The position numbers and the translations under genes are program-made. 64,000 nt of DNA, taken from NCBI RefSeq assembly GCF_009914755.1, contig NC_060926.1. One strand, written 5' to 3'. Below are positions 43,633 through 57,225 of the stretch, one piece after another; the stretch's first letter is position 1, and every line of letters begins with the position of its first letter. The notes under the pieces are model-generated. The model worked only from the letters and a program-made list of their open reading frames with translations, was not told where the DNA came from and ran no database searches. The DNA is from the human T2T-CHM13v2.0 reference genome, Homo sapiens.

Positions 43633-44892
43633 TAGTTTTTTAGAATGAAACATCCCAAGGAGAAAAATCAGAGGTGATTTTTTTTTCTCTTTTGCATGTG
43701 AAATGGAAAAATCTAGATAAGAAAGGGCCTAGCTTTGTTCTGGCCACTTCACAATAGTCCATTTGAGTTGGGGGAGAGGGGAGTTACTGGAGGGAGTACC
43801 CTAAAAACTCACGAAAAATGATTTCCTTTCTCTGCTTGTTGAAATTCTCCCTTCAAGGCCCAGTTTAAGTGTCACCTCCTCAGAGCAGCCCTCCTTGGTT
43901 TCCACCCTTCCTCACCCCTGTCAGACTCGTGGCTTCCTCCTCTATTCTCCCCAGTGTTCAGCATGTAGGTTGATGGTAGCACTCACTAATTCTGCTTTGT
44001 TTTACCTGTACTCAAGTTCATGGCTGTCTCCTCTCTGTGGTGGAGCTTTGGGTTGGACGGGTCTGGGAAGTCCCACCTACAGCTGACAGGCTGGGCTGGG
44101 CTCCAGGCCATCACAGGTCCCCCATCAGCAGCTCTCTCAACCCTGGCCTTGTGCCTACAGACCAAATGTGGCCAATGCGTTGAATTAGCAGCACTTTCAG
44201 GATCAAATCACAAAGCAACTCCTTCCTCTGTCCTGATTTAGTCAGGGGAATCACCTCTTCTCGGCCACTGCTGCAAACTCAGGCAATCCTATTACGTTTC
44301 TGGTTGCTGTTAGTTAATAAAAACTGTCTCACTGCAGGAAGGTTAAATGTCCCGTCCTGAATTTGAGTGAAAATGAAGTCTTCTTGCCTCTGCTGTCTTG
44401 AGCTTGCTGCAGGTAGGAAGCCTGCAGCTGGGAAGGGGCTTAGCTTTTCCCTCCTTCCTCACCCAGCTCACTGTCCGCATGCTACTCAGACTTCCCCGCA
44501 TCTGACCCAGCAGACCGCTCCTGCTCCTGCTCCTGCAAGTGTCTCCCCTGGCTCCTGTGAGGCCCACTGGCCTGGTGTCCGCTCTTTCTGAGGCTGTGAC
44601 ATTGGAGCTGTCTCTTTGGCTCTTCTCGGTCCACACTCTGTCCCTGGAGAGCTGCACCCCAGCAACATTCCCGTCTCTCCCTTCAACCCAGATACTCCCT
44701 GAGCTCCAGACTGTAGTTTCCAATGTTGTTTTCCAGTGTTCAACCTGACAGCGGCCGTTGGCTCCAAGGCTTCCTGAACTCAGTAACTGCCCCACTTAAT
44801 TGCTGAGATGAGAAACCCCTGGTGGTGCTTGTTTTCTCTCTTTCGCTCCAAATCCATGCACAATCTAGCCCTGAGTTCTGCAGGCTCTGCAG

Positions 44893-45109
44893 CAGTGGTT
44901 CTCAGCCCAGAGGGACCGTGGCCCCCAGGGCACATTTGGCAATGTCTGGAGACATGTTTTATTGTCATAATTGGGGGTGGGTGGGGCTATGGGTTTCTAG
45001 TGGATTGGGGCCAGGGATGCTTCTAAATACCCTACAGTGCACAGGCCAGACCCCACAGTGAAGTGTCTTCCAGTCCAAAATGTCGGTAGCAGCGCCCCAA
45101 GAAACCCCG
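44893..45109. mobile_element. MER20 hAT-Charlie MITE
   Basis: CAGTGGTTCTCA...CCCCCAGGGCACATTTGGCAATGTCTGGAGACAT...CCAGGGATGCTTCTAAATACCCTACAGTGCACAG. Confidence 0.88.
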
Positions 45110-45198
45110 CTCTGCAGCCAGAATATGCACCCTGCACCCTACGCTCCTCCCGCCTCCACTGCCGTGGCCCGGCCAGACCCACGTCTCCGCTGGCCTGA

Positions 45199-45605
<407 letters not shown>

Positions 45606-46612
45606 AGCAGTGCCTTTCTAAAGCATGAGATCCTGCCCTTCCCCAGCCTAAAACCTTCTGGTGGCTTTCAGATGAGAACTGAACTCATCCTTGGCCAACA
45701 AGGCTCCGGACAGTCCCTGCTGCCCATCACCCTCCAGGCTCAGTCTCGGGCACGGCTGCCCTGGCCGCTCTCTTGTCCCTTGCTGGGGGACTTTGCTCTT
45801 GCCATCCCATGGGCTTAGCATGCTCCTCCCAGACCTCAATGCACCTCCTCATCTCTCAGGTCTCTGCTCCCATGACCCAACCTCAGGAAGCTGGGGGTGC
45901 GGTGGGCGGGCTGTGGCCCAGGGCAGGTTTGGGGCTGTGCTTTGTGACTCAGCGCTGGTTCACTTCTCTGCACTGGGGTGTGGTGGGGGTGATGCTGCTT
46001 TTAGTCAAAGCAGCTACAAAACTCCGAGAGCAAGTCGGCCGTTTTCTACATCTGGGCTGGCCGGGCTCCTTCTCGGATTTATCACAGGCGGGCAGCCGCT
46101 GACCCCTCCCTTTGCTATTGGAGGTGAGGAGAAGGAAGGGGACACAGGCCCTGGGAACTCGCCTCTGCTGAGTTACTCTACTTTTGGCAGCCTGAAATTC
46201 AGGCTCCTGGCCCAGCATTGCAGGTTCTCCACTGTCAGGGTGGACCCCAGGCTCAGAACCCTCATCAGCTCAGGGCTCTACCCCCGCCTGGAACCGACCC
46301 ACAGACCTTCCCTTCCCTCCCTTGGCTCAGGACGCAGGCCAGGGCAAAAGTAAGGGGCACAAGTGGGGAGAAAACCTGTGGAGGTGCCTGCTTGGTGCAG
46401 GCTCAGGCAGAGGCTCTGGACATGACACTTCCCCTTTAACTGACTTATCACGCCCAACTTCCAGGCTGTGTCATGCCCATTATGCAGAGAAGTGAAATGA
46501 ATCACAGAGAGTTCATTAACGGGACAAAGCCTCGCAGGGGAACAGGATTCAGTCGTAGAACTCAGGCCCAAATGACTCCGCAGCTGCTGGCACACCACGT
46601 GTGCAAGTGCAG

Positions 46613-46637
46613 ACACACACACACACACACACACACA
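46613..46637. repeat. (CA)n microsatellite
   Basis: Direct reading, about 12 units. Confidence 0.9.
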
Positions 46638-46819
46638 GCCTGCCTGTGCTGCTGAGGATCGCGATAAGGACCAAGACCAAGAGAAAGAGTAGCCAAGGGG
46701 AGAGGGAAAGTCCTTTGTTGGGACAGTCCTGGTGGCAAACGGCATTTTGGCTGAGAAACCCCTTAAGTTAGATTTGACACCATGACTTGGGGTAGGGGGA
46801 GCAAGCTTATCTCAGAGCC

Positions 46820-47470
46820 ATCAACTCCCCCGCTCTGGGGTCTGGTTAATCTGTGTCAGGGACACAGCCCTGTGTGCTAAGAGGGAAGCTGGCCTTGTGT
46901 ATGGGGCGGGCCGGGCACCCAAGGGCCCCGTGGCCCCCCCTTTTCTTCCCCAGGTGGCTGCCCCGCCCCAGAGGCGCTCCTGCCACCTGCCCCTCCGACG
47001 GGGGGTGCCTCCAGCCACTTGTCCACAGCCTCGGGAGTCCCCACAGCAGAGGCAGCCGTGGGAGGGTGAGTTCTGAGGAGATTGGGATCCTCTCCAGGGA
47101 TGAGGGAGCCGGGCTGGAGGGGCTCTGTGGGGAGCGGGGAGACTTCGCTGGGGGACTCTGCTCCTGCTGATAGAAGAGAAGAGGAGCGCGCTATGGGCGT
47201 CTAGTGACTTGAGGCTGATAGAAAAGAAGGGGCCCCTGGCCAGGCTCCATGCTGAGGGCCGGGCGTGTTTGCTGCTTTTGAAGACAGAGAGCCTGGGGCG
47301 GGGAAGCTGGCGGCTCCTTCTTCCTCCCTCAGCTTGTCCCTTGCCCTGACCGGACACCCGGTGGGGCTCAGAGTTAATGGGGTCACAAGAGATCTACCAG
47401 CTCAGGAAAGAAGAAGGTGAGCAACAGGGACAGCTTCGGTTCTCCCATTCGGGGCGGGGTGGCCTCGGGC
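46820..47470. promoter_or_regulatory. GC-rich candidate promoter/enhancer
   Basis: GC boxes (GGGGCGGG/CCCCGCCCC) at ~46902, ~46961, ~47295 and ~47451; locally raised CpG; non-repetitive. Confidence 0.35.
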
Positions 47471-47569
47471 AGGTTACCCCATGGCTCTGCTCCTGAGCCT
47501 CCTCCCTGGGAAACTGGGCCAACACCTCCTACCTCACGGGCAGGCCGTGAGAACCAAACCTCGGAGTCA

Positions 47570-48020
47570 TTCGCCACCAGGAAATGCAAATGAAAGCCAC
47601 GGTGAGATGCCACCACACGCCCACGGCGACAGTGACAGACAATCAGTGCTGGCCGGAATGGCAGCTGCCCCCCTGACCTCCCCACTCCTCTCTGGCGGGA
47701 ACGGAAAACAGCATAGCCCCCTTGGAAAACAGTTTGACCATTTCTCAGAAAGTTCCACGTCACCTCCTTATACTAGATGGGAGAAGAGTGTGTGAAGAAT
47801 GATTCCATTCAGATGTTTCTAGAAAATGCACACTCATCACAGTGACAGAGGCAGATCAGAGTCTGTCTGGAGAGAGAGGGTGGGCAGGGGCAGGAGGGAC
47901 GGGCGACAGAGGGGCACATGGCTTCAGGGGGCGGTTTCACAGGTGTAGACATGTCAAACTCATCAAATTGTACTGCTTCATTAAATGTCAGTTATACCTG
48001 GGTAAAGCTGTAGAAAATAT
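47570..48020 (+). mobile_element. Old L1M 3' fragment
   Basis: CAGGAAATGCAAATGAAAGCCAC...TTGGAAAACAGTTTG...TCAAACTCATCAAATTGTAC. Confidence 0.7.
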
Positions 48021-48684
48021 CTTTTTGGAGGCAATAAAGGGCGGATTTACACTGAAAAAAAAAATGCAAGGCAAGTGAGGCACCTGGCACAGGACTGTTC
48101 AGTCAATGCCGACTGCTGAACATGTGAGCCCAGTTTCTCGCAACTTCCATTCATTCTTTCCTCCCAGAACATGGAAACGGAGCAAGGGGAGGGACAGGAG
48201 CTCTCAGTCCTGCCTTCAGGAGCGCCCAGAGACACGCTTCACAGAACTGGGTCGGGGTGCTAGGGATCCAGGTCAGGAGGGCCTCGCAGATGCCCAGAAG
48301 GTTCGGAGGAAGCAGCTGCAGTTTCCGGAATGTGCCAGGCTCCCTGGTGCTTCTGAGCGTCTGCAAGTGTGGCCCCCCTGCCTGAAACACCCCCACCCTC
48401 CTGCTGGTCTGGCCACCTCCCCGTCAGCCTTGTCCAGTTACCTTTTCCTGCCTCACTTCCCCACAGAGCGAGTGTGGCTCCTCTCAGCTCTCCCAGCCCC
48501 TCACCCTTGAGCCTCTAGTTTGGCAGCTGTCACACGAGCTACAGTCACGACTGGTCTGTCACCCATTGCAGACGGGGCTCCTGGAAGGGTGATGCTACGG
48601 CTCCCCCGGCTTCTAGCACGGGGCCCAGCACAGAATGGGAGCTGAGGAAATGTTTGCAGCAAGAGATAAAACTGCTTCACAGTG

Positions 48685-49540
48685 TGTGTTATGAGTTGAA
48701 CTGTTTCCCCCAAAAAGATATGTTGAAGTCTTATGACCTGAATTGTGTTTCTCCAAAATCCATATGTTGAAGCCCTAACCCCTGTACCTCAGGATGTGAC
48801 TGCATTTGGAGAAAGGGCCTTTAAAGAAGTAGTGTAATTAAGTTAAAATGAGGTCATGTGGGTGGGCTGTAATCCCATCTGCCTGGAGTCCTTACGAGAA
48901 GGGAAGATATGGACATAGCCATGCCCGGAGGAAAGGCCAGGTGAAGACACGGGGAGGAGACGTTCCTCTGCAAGCCAAGGAGAGAAGCCTCGGAAGAAAC
49001 CAGCCCTGCGGACCCCTTGGTCGTGGACTTCCAGCTTCCAGAACTGGCAGAAATGCATTTCTATTGTTTAAGCCCCTGGGTCTGCAGTACTTTGTTATAG
49101 CAGTCCCGCAAACGAATACAAAGTCCTAACCCCCGGTGCCTCCGAAGGACCCTTATTTGGAACTAGGGTCATTGCCGATGTGATAAGTTAAGATGATGTC
49201 ATACTGGAGTAGGGTGGGCCCTGATCCAATATGAATGTATCCTTATAAAAAGGGGAAATTTTGACACAGACACACACACAGGGAGACCGCCACGTGGACA
49301 CGAAGGCAGAGATTGAGGTGACGTGTCTAGAAGCCCAGGAATGCCAAAGGTGGCCAGAAAACCACCCAGAGCTGGGGAGGCCTGGAATAGAGTCTCCGTC
49401 ACAGCCCCAGCAGGAACCATCCCTGCTCACACCTTGATCAGAGACTTTTGGCTTGCAGAACTGCAAGGCAGTGAATTTCTATTGTTTCAAGCCACCTAGT
49501 TTGTGGTACTTTGTTAGGGCAGCTCTGGCAAACTAACAGA
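48685..49540 (+). mobile_element. MLT1C-like LTR interrupted by a second MLT1 LTR
   Basis: Outer LTR occupies 48685-48730 and 49121-49540; 5-bp duplication AAGTC at both junctions. Confidence 0.82.
48731..49120 (+). mobile_element. MLT1B-like solo LTR (nested)
   Basis: CTGAATTGTG...ATATGTTGAAGCCCTAACCCC...GAAGAAACCAGCCCTGC...AACGAATACA. Confidence 0.82.
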
Positions 49541-51709
49541 ATATGGGAGATTAAAATATCATCCCACTACAAGTTCATCCCAACAAGGGGTTCTGCCGGC
49601 GGCAGCACAAAGCTACCATGAAAACACCTAATTATGAGAAATGAGCTCCCAGACCCCCCTGCCCGTCACTCCCTGCTCTTATCAACTTCTGCCCCCTCCA
49701 CTCACACGGACAACTGGTTTACCTGTCTGTGTCGCCCCCAAGCCAGCCACCCCCAGAACCATGCTCTGCCCATTGCTGGGCTCAGTAAAAACTCTCACTT
49801 GCGGCTAAATCACCCATCCAGAATCATACTCTGCTCCCTGAAATCCCAGACCCAGGCTGCACTGAGCCCTTCCACACGGGTACAAGAGCACATTTAGACC
49901 AAATTTCAGCAGGTCCAGGAAGGCCCTGGATGCCAAAGTTGGCACCTTCTGGTGCTTCCCGACATGCCACCCGTGGCTGACTTGCATTCTCTGCCTTGGC
50001 TGGTACCTGTCCAGCTGCACACCTGATACGCCCCAGCTCTAAATAAGGAGAGGAACTAAACCCAGCACTGCCCTGTGGCAAGCTGTGGAGAAGGAATGGG
50101 AGCGGGTGGAGGCGTACCTTCCTGCTCCATGGACGTGTGGTTAGGAAACACCATTCCCGGCCAGGAGCAGAAGCTGGGCTGGGGTGAGCCGAAGTCTCGG
50201 CCAAGACTCCTTGACCTTTAGGGAGTGCCTGAGACGCTACACAGCCAACAAGCTGCTGGGCCAGGGACAGTTGCAGAACCAGGATTGGCCTACTTTAGCC
50301 CCCTGCCCAGGGCTTGAATCCCCTCTGCAGTCTCCCTGCTTAGGGGACACCACTGTGTTTGAACACCTCAGCTGATGTGGGACTGCTGGCATCTTTCCTG
50401 CCTGGACCTGAGAATGGCTGGCCAAGGCTGAGGCTTGGAGTGGCTCATTCCCTTCCAAACTTGCCCATATCCGTGCAGTGGGCCACAGTTCCTGTCTGGG
50501 AGCCCCCCACTCCTGCAGGTCCTCCTCAGCAGCCTTCCCCATGGCTCTGTGTAAAATTTCACCCCCACCCCTTTTTCCTGCCATATTTCTCTTCTTGTCA
50601 CTTTCCACCCTCTAAGTCCTGTTTGTGCATTTAACTGATAGCTTTTGGTCACCGTCTGTCTCCCCCCGTAGAGAGGCCACCCTGGGAGGGAGGGTTTATT
50701 TGGGGGCTCGGGGTTGCTACAGCAGGCACAAAGTCAGCAGCTGTGGCCTGACCGAATAGAAGAGAGGCTGGAGTGTTAAGCGGAGGCGTTTCTGCAGTGG
50801 GGCCACAACCACGCAGGGCTGGCTGGAGGGGGCTGGGCGGGGTTCCTACAGGGAGGTGATGGGTCCCGGTAGCTGTGCCGGGTCTCCTGCAGAAGAGGTT
50901 GCATTTCAGATCCGTGAGCTTCCCCTCATTCCAAACACTGGCTTCCTCCACTTCTTTTTCCTCCCCTGGGAATAATTGGAAAAATGATTCCTAAGCTGTC
51001 AGGAGAAAATAAAGAAACCATAGCGACCGATTCGCAGCCTCTCCTAAATCAGCCAAATGAGAAGTAGATTTGGAACCACCTCTGGAGGGGGCGGCTAACA
51101 TCTCCAGGAAGGCGACAACCATAGATTGTGTTTCAGCAGGCGGGGAGGGGCAAGGCTGGGGGTAAGCTGCCGAAAGCCCGCCTCAGCCACCCGCTGCGCT
51201 TCCAGTCCCTTCCCTGGCTCAGGGCTGGCTGGAAAGACAGAGACGTTTCATGCGGGGCTCCGCAGATGGCAGGCGTTCCACACCCATTCCCTCACTTCTC
51301 TGGAAATAGCCCCGGGAAGTAGGCAATGTTACTGACTCCGTGTCACAGACCAGGAAATGCAGACCTGCCTTGGCCGCAGAGCTGGTTCATGGGAGGGGGA
51401 TGGAGCCAGTTCTCACGCTGACATTGGCCTGGTCCCCACAACTGTGCCTTTTCTGTTGTGTCCCCAGAATTTTAACATTCTCCAGCCAGACACAGGCCAA
51501 GACCGACAATGCTTCACTTGGTGAAGACCATTTTCTGTTCCTCCAGCAGCCTCCGTGACCTCGGGTGGGCCATTCGGTCAAGTAATCCTGAATTTACCTC
51601 CCAGTAACATTGTGTCTTTGAGCCGTCATCAGGCTTCTTTCAGGGTAGACCCACGGGACTGTGTAGAAAAGGGCTTGAAGGAGGAGATTTGTGCCGGAGC
51701 CCCTGGTGT

Positions 51710-52148
51710 TGTCAAAGTCAAATAAAATATACAGACAAATCTCTAAGTTTAAAATGTTTTATTTGGGGAGCAAGAATTTCAGTTTGGGGCATACACACAG
51801 ACTGGGTGGTCTTCAGTATGTCCAAAGAGCAAAGAGAAGGTTGTAGGTTTCATAAAAATGAGAAATGTTATGGATTGTTAGGAAAGCAAGTTCATTAGCA
51901 CTAGCAACGTTTTGGGGATCCGGCAAGCTCTGATTGGTGAGTGGGTGAAACTAGTCTTAGATTTCCGCAGGTTGTTTCTGTAGCTATTAGATCAAACCGG
52001 TTTCAGGTTGCAACACTTGTTCCAGCAGCCAGGGTTGGAGACAGTTATACTCTTGGAGCAATGTTACGTGGTCCAAGTGCTTTTTCCTGTGGTCTCATAA
52101 CTCTGCTTGGCTATGACAACAGTGACCTTTGTATGATCAACTTTCACA
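51710..52148 (-). mobile_element. ERV1 (MER4-group, MER65/MER93-like) solo LTR
   Basis: Minus strand begins TGTGAAAGTTGATCATACAA and ends ...GACTTTGACA, with AATAAA near its 3' end. Confidence 0.65.
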
Positions 52149-53654
52149 GTGGCCACAGGAGAAGCCGATTTGAGCCCATGCCCATGCCTTCTGGCTGGCT
52201 TTCTCTCCCTTGCTCCTGGCAGGGCAATGCAGGGTGAGTGACAGAAGTGGACTCAGCTACAGGCAACATTGAGTGATCTAGGTTCCAAGTATGGCACTTT
52301 ATCCGTTGTCTTATCAACATAAAGATACAGCGCTTTGAAATTTTGTCAAATTCAGGTTTGAGCAGCCTGATGCAGAAATTCCTGGGTCAGGGACTCCAGG
52401 GCGGGGATTTGGAGGGGTGAGCTGGCTGCAAAGTCTCTGGTCAATGTGGGTTCTGGAAAAGAAAGAAAGAAGGAAGGGAGTCTCCTCACTTCACCTCTCT
52501 GGTCTCTCCAACAGTGTCCACCGTTCTGAGCCCTCAGCTGCCTGTAGCTCTTTACAGAACAGACCCCACCCTGCTTTGTATCCAACTTTGTATCCAGCAT
52601 CTCAGATGTTGCCACAAGGGGCAAAACCAGGGGTTGGGTGACTCCCTAGCCAGAACTCCAAGGCTACACATAGCTATTTAGACAAAAGAAGTGTGCTTAT
52701 TTATTTGCTTTAGGATGCAATTTCATGAGTGACATTTAGCATTTGTTGAGCCCCTATGTTTACAAAGTGCTTCCACCCACATGGTCTCATTGGACCACCT
52801 GTGAGGGAGCACAATGTGACCTCCACCTTAAGGACTGAGTGTGGGAGTTGACCAGGAGCCCAGGACTGTCCAACTCCTATTCTAGGGGGTTCTTTACATC
52901 CACAGAGGTTTTGAAACCCAGGAGCATGCCTTCCGGAGCACTTAAATTGCATTTGATGTTTAATGACTCTTATTTACTTATCACAAATACAATTTTTAGT
53001 GATACGAGAGCCAAGTCACAAAGACTAGATTAAACATTACTCTCTTCTGTTGCATTGGCTTCTCTACATCATGGTAACAGGTTGTCAGGTTCAACTGCAG
53101 CATTGCTGTTAGAGGCAAAGGTAGGCAGGAAGCTCATTCTTGCAATCCCTAGAACTTTAGTAAAAACTCAAAGATATCTATTTTTCTAACCAGATACTAT
53201 TAGCTTTATTTTGCATCCATTCATTTACTGAAGCCTACATGTGTTTCAGTAACTATGCTAAAAGATTCTGTTTGTCCCTATTTAAGGGCACTCTTAGTTC
53301 AGTGGGAGTTGGTGGCAGTGGCAGATATGTACAGTTACAAGGTGATGCAATGACAGTGACAGGCAGAGGGAGGTCTGGGAGCACAGAGGGGAGGCACCTA
53401 ATCCAGCCTGGTTATATCAGGGAGGGCTTCTTGGAGGAGGTGACATCTGAGTTTCTCAAAGGAGAAGGTAGCCAAGGGAAGGAAAAGAAGATGCAGGAAG
53501 TAGAGAGAGGCTGTTGAAGGAACTGGGGCACGGGAGCATTGGGTACTCAAACAAGGAGTGGTTTGCGGAGACGGACCTTAGGGAACACAGTGGATGTGGG
53601 AAAAGCTCAGCCCAGCCCTCTGTCATGGGTTTTGTATGCTGAGCCACTGGGAGA

Positions 53655-53810
53655 CTTAAAAAAAGAAGACCTTTTATAAAGAGCAGTTTTAGGTTTACAG
53701 CAAAATTGAGCAGAAGGTACAGAGAGTTCCCATAGAGCCCCTGCCCCCACCAGAGTTGTACATTTGTTACAATAATAAGCTTGCATTGACACATCATGTT
53801 CATCCCACTG
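53655..53810 (-). mobile_element. L1MC-like 3' fragment
   Basis: GAGCAGTTTTAGGTTTACAGCAAAATTGAGCAGAAGGTACAGAGAGTTCCCATA. Confidence 0.8.
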
Positions 53811-54040
53811 GAAGATTCTGAGCAGGGAAAACATTTTCACATTACCTTTTACAAAGTCTTCTTCCTGGCACTGAGTCACAGTCGTTTTTAAACAATTAAT
53901 GGTGTAGGTTGCTACTTAGCATTTCCCCAGAGCAAATGTTTCTATGATCTCCAAAAGACAGAGGATATGATGTCTTCTTGCCCCACCCTGTAGATCTGTA
54001 AACCTAGAACAATGGCTGGTCATAGCAGATGCTTAGAAAG

Positions 54041-54175
54041 TAGAGGAGGGTAGAGGCGGGAGGAAAGCAGGGGTAGAAAGAAGGACTAGAGGAGGGTAGA
54101 GGCGGGAGGAAAGCAGGGGTAGAAAGAGGGAGTAGAGGAGGGTAGAGGCAGGAGGAAAGCAGGGGTAGAGAGAGG
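54041..54175. repeat. 46-bp purine-rich tandem repeat, ~3 copies
   Basis: TAGAGGAGGGTAGAGGCGGGAGGAAAGCAGGGGTAGAAAG starts at 54041, 54087 and 54133. Confidence 0.93.
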
Positions 54176-57009
54176 GAGGGAGAAAGATAGCCACAAGGTC
54201 TCTTGTGTATTTCAGAAACATCATTCTGGCAGCAAACAGAGGAAAGATGGCAGAGGGTGTGGCTTGTGGTCAGGGACAGTTAGGAGACTACTGTCATGCT
54301 CCAGGTGCAAAGCGCAAGTGGTCTGAGTAGGTGGCCGCGGTGGAGAGAAGGGGACATCGAAAAGGTGGGATCTACCCCACCAGGTGCCTGAGGGTGTGAG
54401 TGCAGTAGAAAACCACTGGGAAGTTTTCAAGGCCCAGGCCCAGCTCTCAGTCTTCTCTGAACCATCGAACTAGAGGGAGAGTTTGTAAGGACTCCAAAGG
54501 GAAAGAGAACACGGGAGGGAAGGAGGGTTGGGGAGGGTCAGGTAGGATGCTTAAGGTGGATTGAGTTTGAAATATACAAGCTAAGAAAAATGTCAGATGG
54601 TTCTTGTTTATTGTCTAAAGAGTAGAGGGGAGAAAAACAGAAAACAGACGTTTATGTTGTTGAGTGTTAGACAAAAGGCCCCACGTCCCCTGCTTCTGAG
54701 TGAGAATGACGATGTGCTGTAGGATGACAGGGCCCTTTGGAGGTTCTGTCTGCAAGATAATCTGTTTGCAGATGAGCTCCAGGCACGGGGAAGGTGCGTG
54801 GTGTCAGTGTGGCTTGCTGAACTCACAGCAAGCCATTTCAGGGATGCTGGGACGGAAGCCGCCCTCCCTTTCCTGCCTCTGCTTCCAAGTTCTTTCTCTG
54901 CAGCCCTGTCAACGCGCCGCCTTTGCTTCATAGCACATCTCCTAATGGGCTCTGGCGGTGCTGAGGCAGCCTTCATATTCCATTTGTTCCTTGGATAATA
55001 AGCTTAGCCTCGAAGCCAAAAGAGAAAGCCCTGATGACTATTAAATACACATGCACGGGGCTGACTGCTCCCCAAAACCTCCAGCTGGACATCGCACCAG
55101 CTCAGCAAGGCCATTTGCATCCAGGCAAATGGCCCTCAGTGACTAATAGAAATCCACCTCTATCTTGGCAAGGAAGGCCTTCAGCATGCAGCATTAATTT
55201 GGTTTGCACAGTGGGATGGAACACATCTTTAGTTCCTTTTAGGGAACTGACTTACGCTTTCTCCAAAGGGTGCTTCCTGGGGGCTCCCAGACATTGGAAG
55301 TGCTGGGTGTAACTCGTCTCAGGGGCTCCCTAGTCCCAAGCACAATCTGCCTTATTTTTTTTTTCCAGTTTTACCGCTCAGAGAGGATTGTGATGACGAG
55401 GTCACCTGGATCCTAATAACGCTTCAAGTCATCATTAGGGATTGATGCATTTGGCCTGGCATGGACAGCACCGCTGCAGCTCACAGCCAGAATGATTCTG
55501 TCTGGCTTCCCCCTCCACACCAGAAGTCTGGAAATGCAGCCTGTTCTTTTCCATTTGGAGTCCCGGGATCTGGGTTATTATTGCCAAAGGCAAAGGAATG
55601 AGTTTCTAGAATTATAACTTGGAGGAGCAATGCACCAGGGAGTAAACCTAGGAAGTTTCCAGAAAGCTAGAAGGTGATTATCTCCACAGTGTACTCTGAA
55701 TGTGAAAACCCAACTAACAGAACATTCAGACGTAAGTGCAGGACTCCTCAGCCTGTCTCCACCAGGACTTTTAGTCAGTCTAGGAGGGCAAGAAAGATCA
55801 CTTCAATTTTAGGATCTTACTGCACTCTTGGGGCAAAAATAAGCCTGTGGCCTTCGGGGGTCTCCAAGACACCTGCTCAATAAGGATGTTTAGTCTCAAC
55901 CTCCAGAATGAACTAGGCTCAATTCAAATAAAATTGGTGAGGACCCACTAGTGCCGGGTGGGAGGTGACTAAGGTGGGTACAGGGGAAGGGATGTCCTCA
56001 GTCCTATGGTCATGGGCTTGCTGGCTGGGCCCTCACCCCAGAGAGCAGTCGCCCAGGGGCTGCAGCACCAGAAGGCCTTCCCCACTGTTAAAGCCTAAGG
56101 CCTTGTCCGGGAAGACTAAGGCCTGGAGGAAATCACCTGGCGAAGAACCGGGACTAAAGGGCTGTGCTTTGTGCCAGGATCAGGCATTTTCCAGGTTTTC
56201 TGAGCAGATCGTGTGGTACATGGGCAGGGCCAGCACATACGGTTGTGCATGTTGTCCACTGTGCAAGGACATCCAGCTGAAAGGTGAGCGAGGGCTAGAT
56301 TCCAGCATGCCTGCCGCTCACCACACTGTGTGCCCATGGTGTTGCGTCTGTCCAGAAGGGGCATCCTTCTCTAAGTCACACAGACAGACCCTGTGGGCTC
56401 GCTAGGGCCCTGGACATGAGGAGAATGAAACACCCCAGGGAAGGGGTCAGCGAGATTTGGCTGAGCAGCACAGGGCTGCAGACAGGATGGAAAATACTCC
56501 CTTTACCACACTGGCTGCCTTGCCTTTGGTGCTTTGGAAGGGAATTGCAGGAATTAATAACCAAACTCACTCTATTCCATTCCTAGCACCTTGTACACAT
56601 TCATGGCCATGTTAACTCTACCTATGCCTCCTCCTGGGCTTGCGTGCAGTTATTCCCAGCGAATCCCTGCAGGTGCTGTAAGAGACAGATCTCTGCACAG
56701 GCGGCTCGTCCTGCCAGCTGGAGTCAAGGTTATCTCATCCAGGCTGGCCAAAACCCATAAGCAGCCCTCTTTCAGAATTCTGCCTGCTGTGCTACCTAAA
56801 TATAGTTCATGTTACCTGTCTTTTAAAAATATTTCTAGCCTCTCTTTTTTCCCCTGTATATTCATGATTTAATTTTGTATGCCACTTTTTTCCGTTGCTA
56901 CATGCTAAGCATTTTCCATAGTGCCACGTCATTTCCACACTGCCCTGTGTCATTATGGCTGTATTATCGCCAGCTAAGCAGGGCTCTGTAGTCTGACTAA
57001 TCATTATCA

Positions 57010-57225
57010 AATGGTTTACTTAGCAGACACATGTCCCCCTGGTAGGAAATGTTAAGTGAGGGGTAGAAGATCTCTCCTCAACTCTGTTCTATTCAACATT
57101 TTTGCTGATAGCCAAGATGAAGGTGTAGCATGCAGACCACTCAACAAATTGGCAAAAGACACAGAACTGGAAAGGGTAATACATTGTTTGGACAAAGTAA
57201 TCAAGATTCAAGATTGCCCAGCAAT
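57010..57225 (+). mobile_element. CR1/L3 LINE reverse-transcriptase remnant
   Basis: Translation SLLNSVLFNIFADSQDEGVACRPLNKLAKDTELERV...IQD resembles the CR1 RT motif SVLGPVLFNIFINDLDEG...SKFADDTKL. Confidence 0.75.

Noticed and set aside
45691-46353. 220-aa ORF
   Set aside because: TTG start, no recognisable protein motif; expected by chance in GC-rich DNA
55461-55475. REST/NRSE site (GGACAGCACC)
   Set aside because: Only the right half-site; the left half TTCAGCACC is absent
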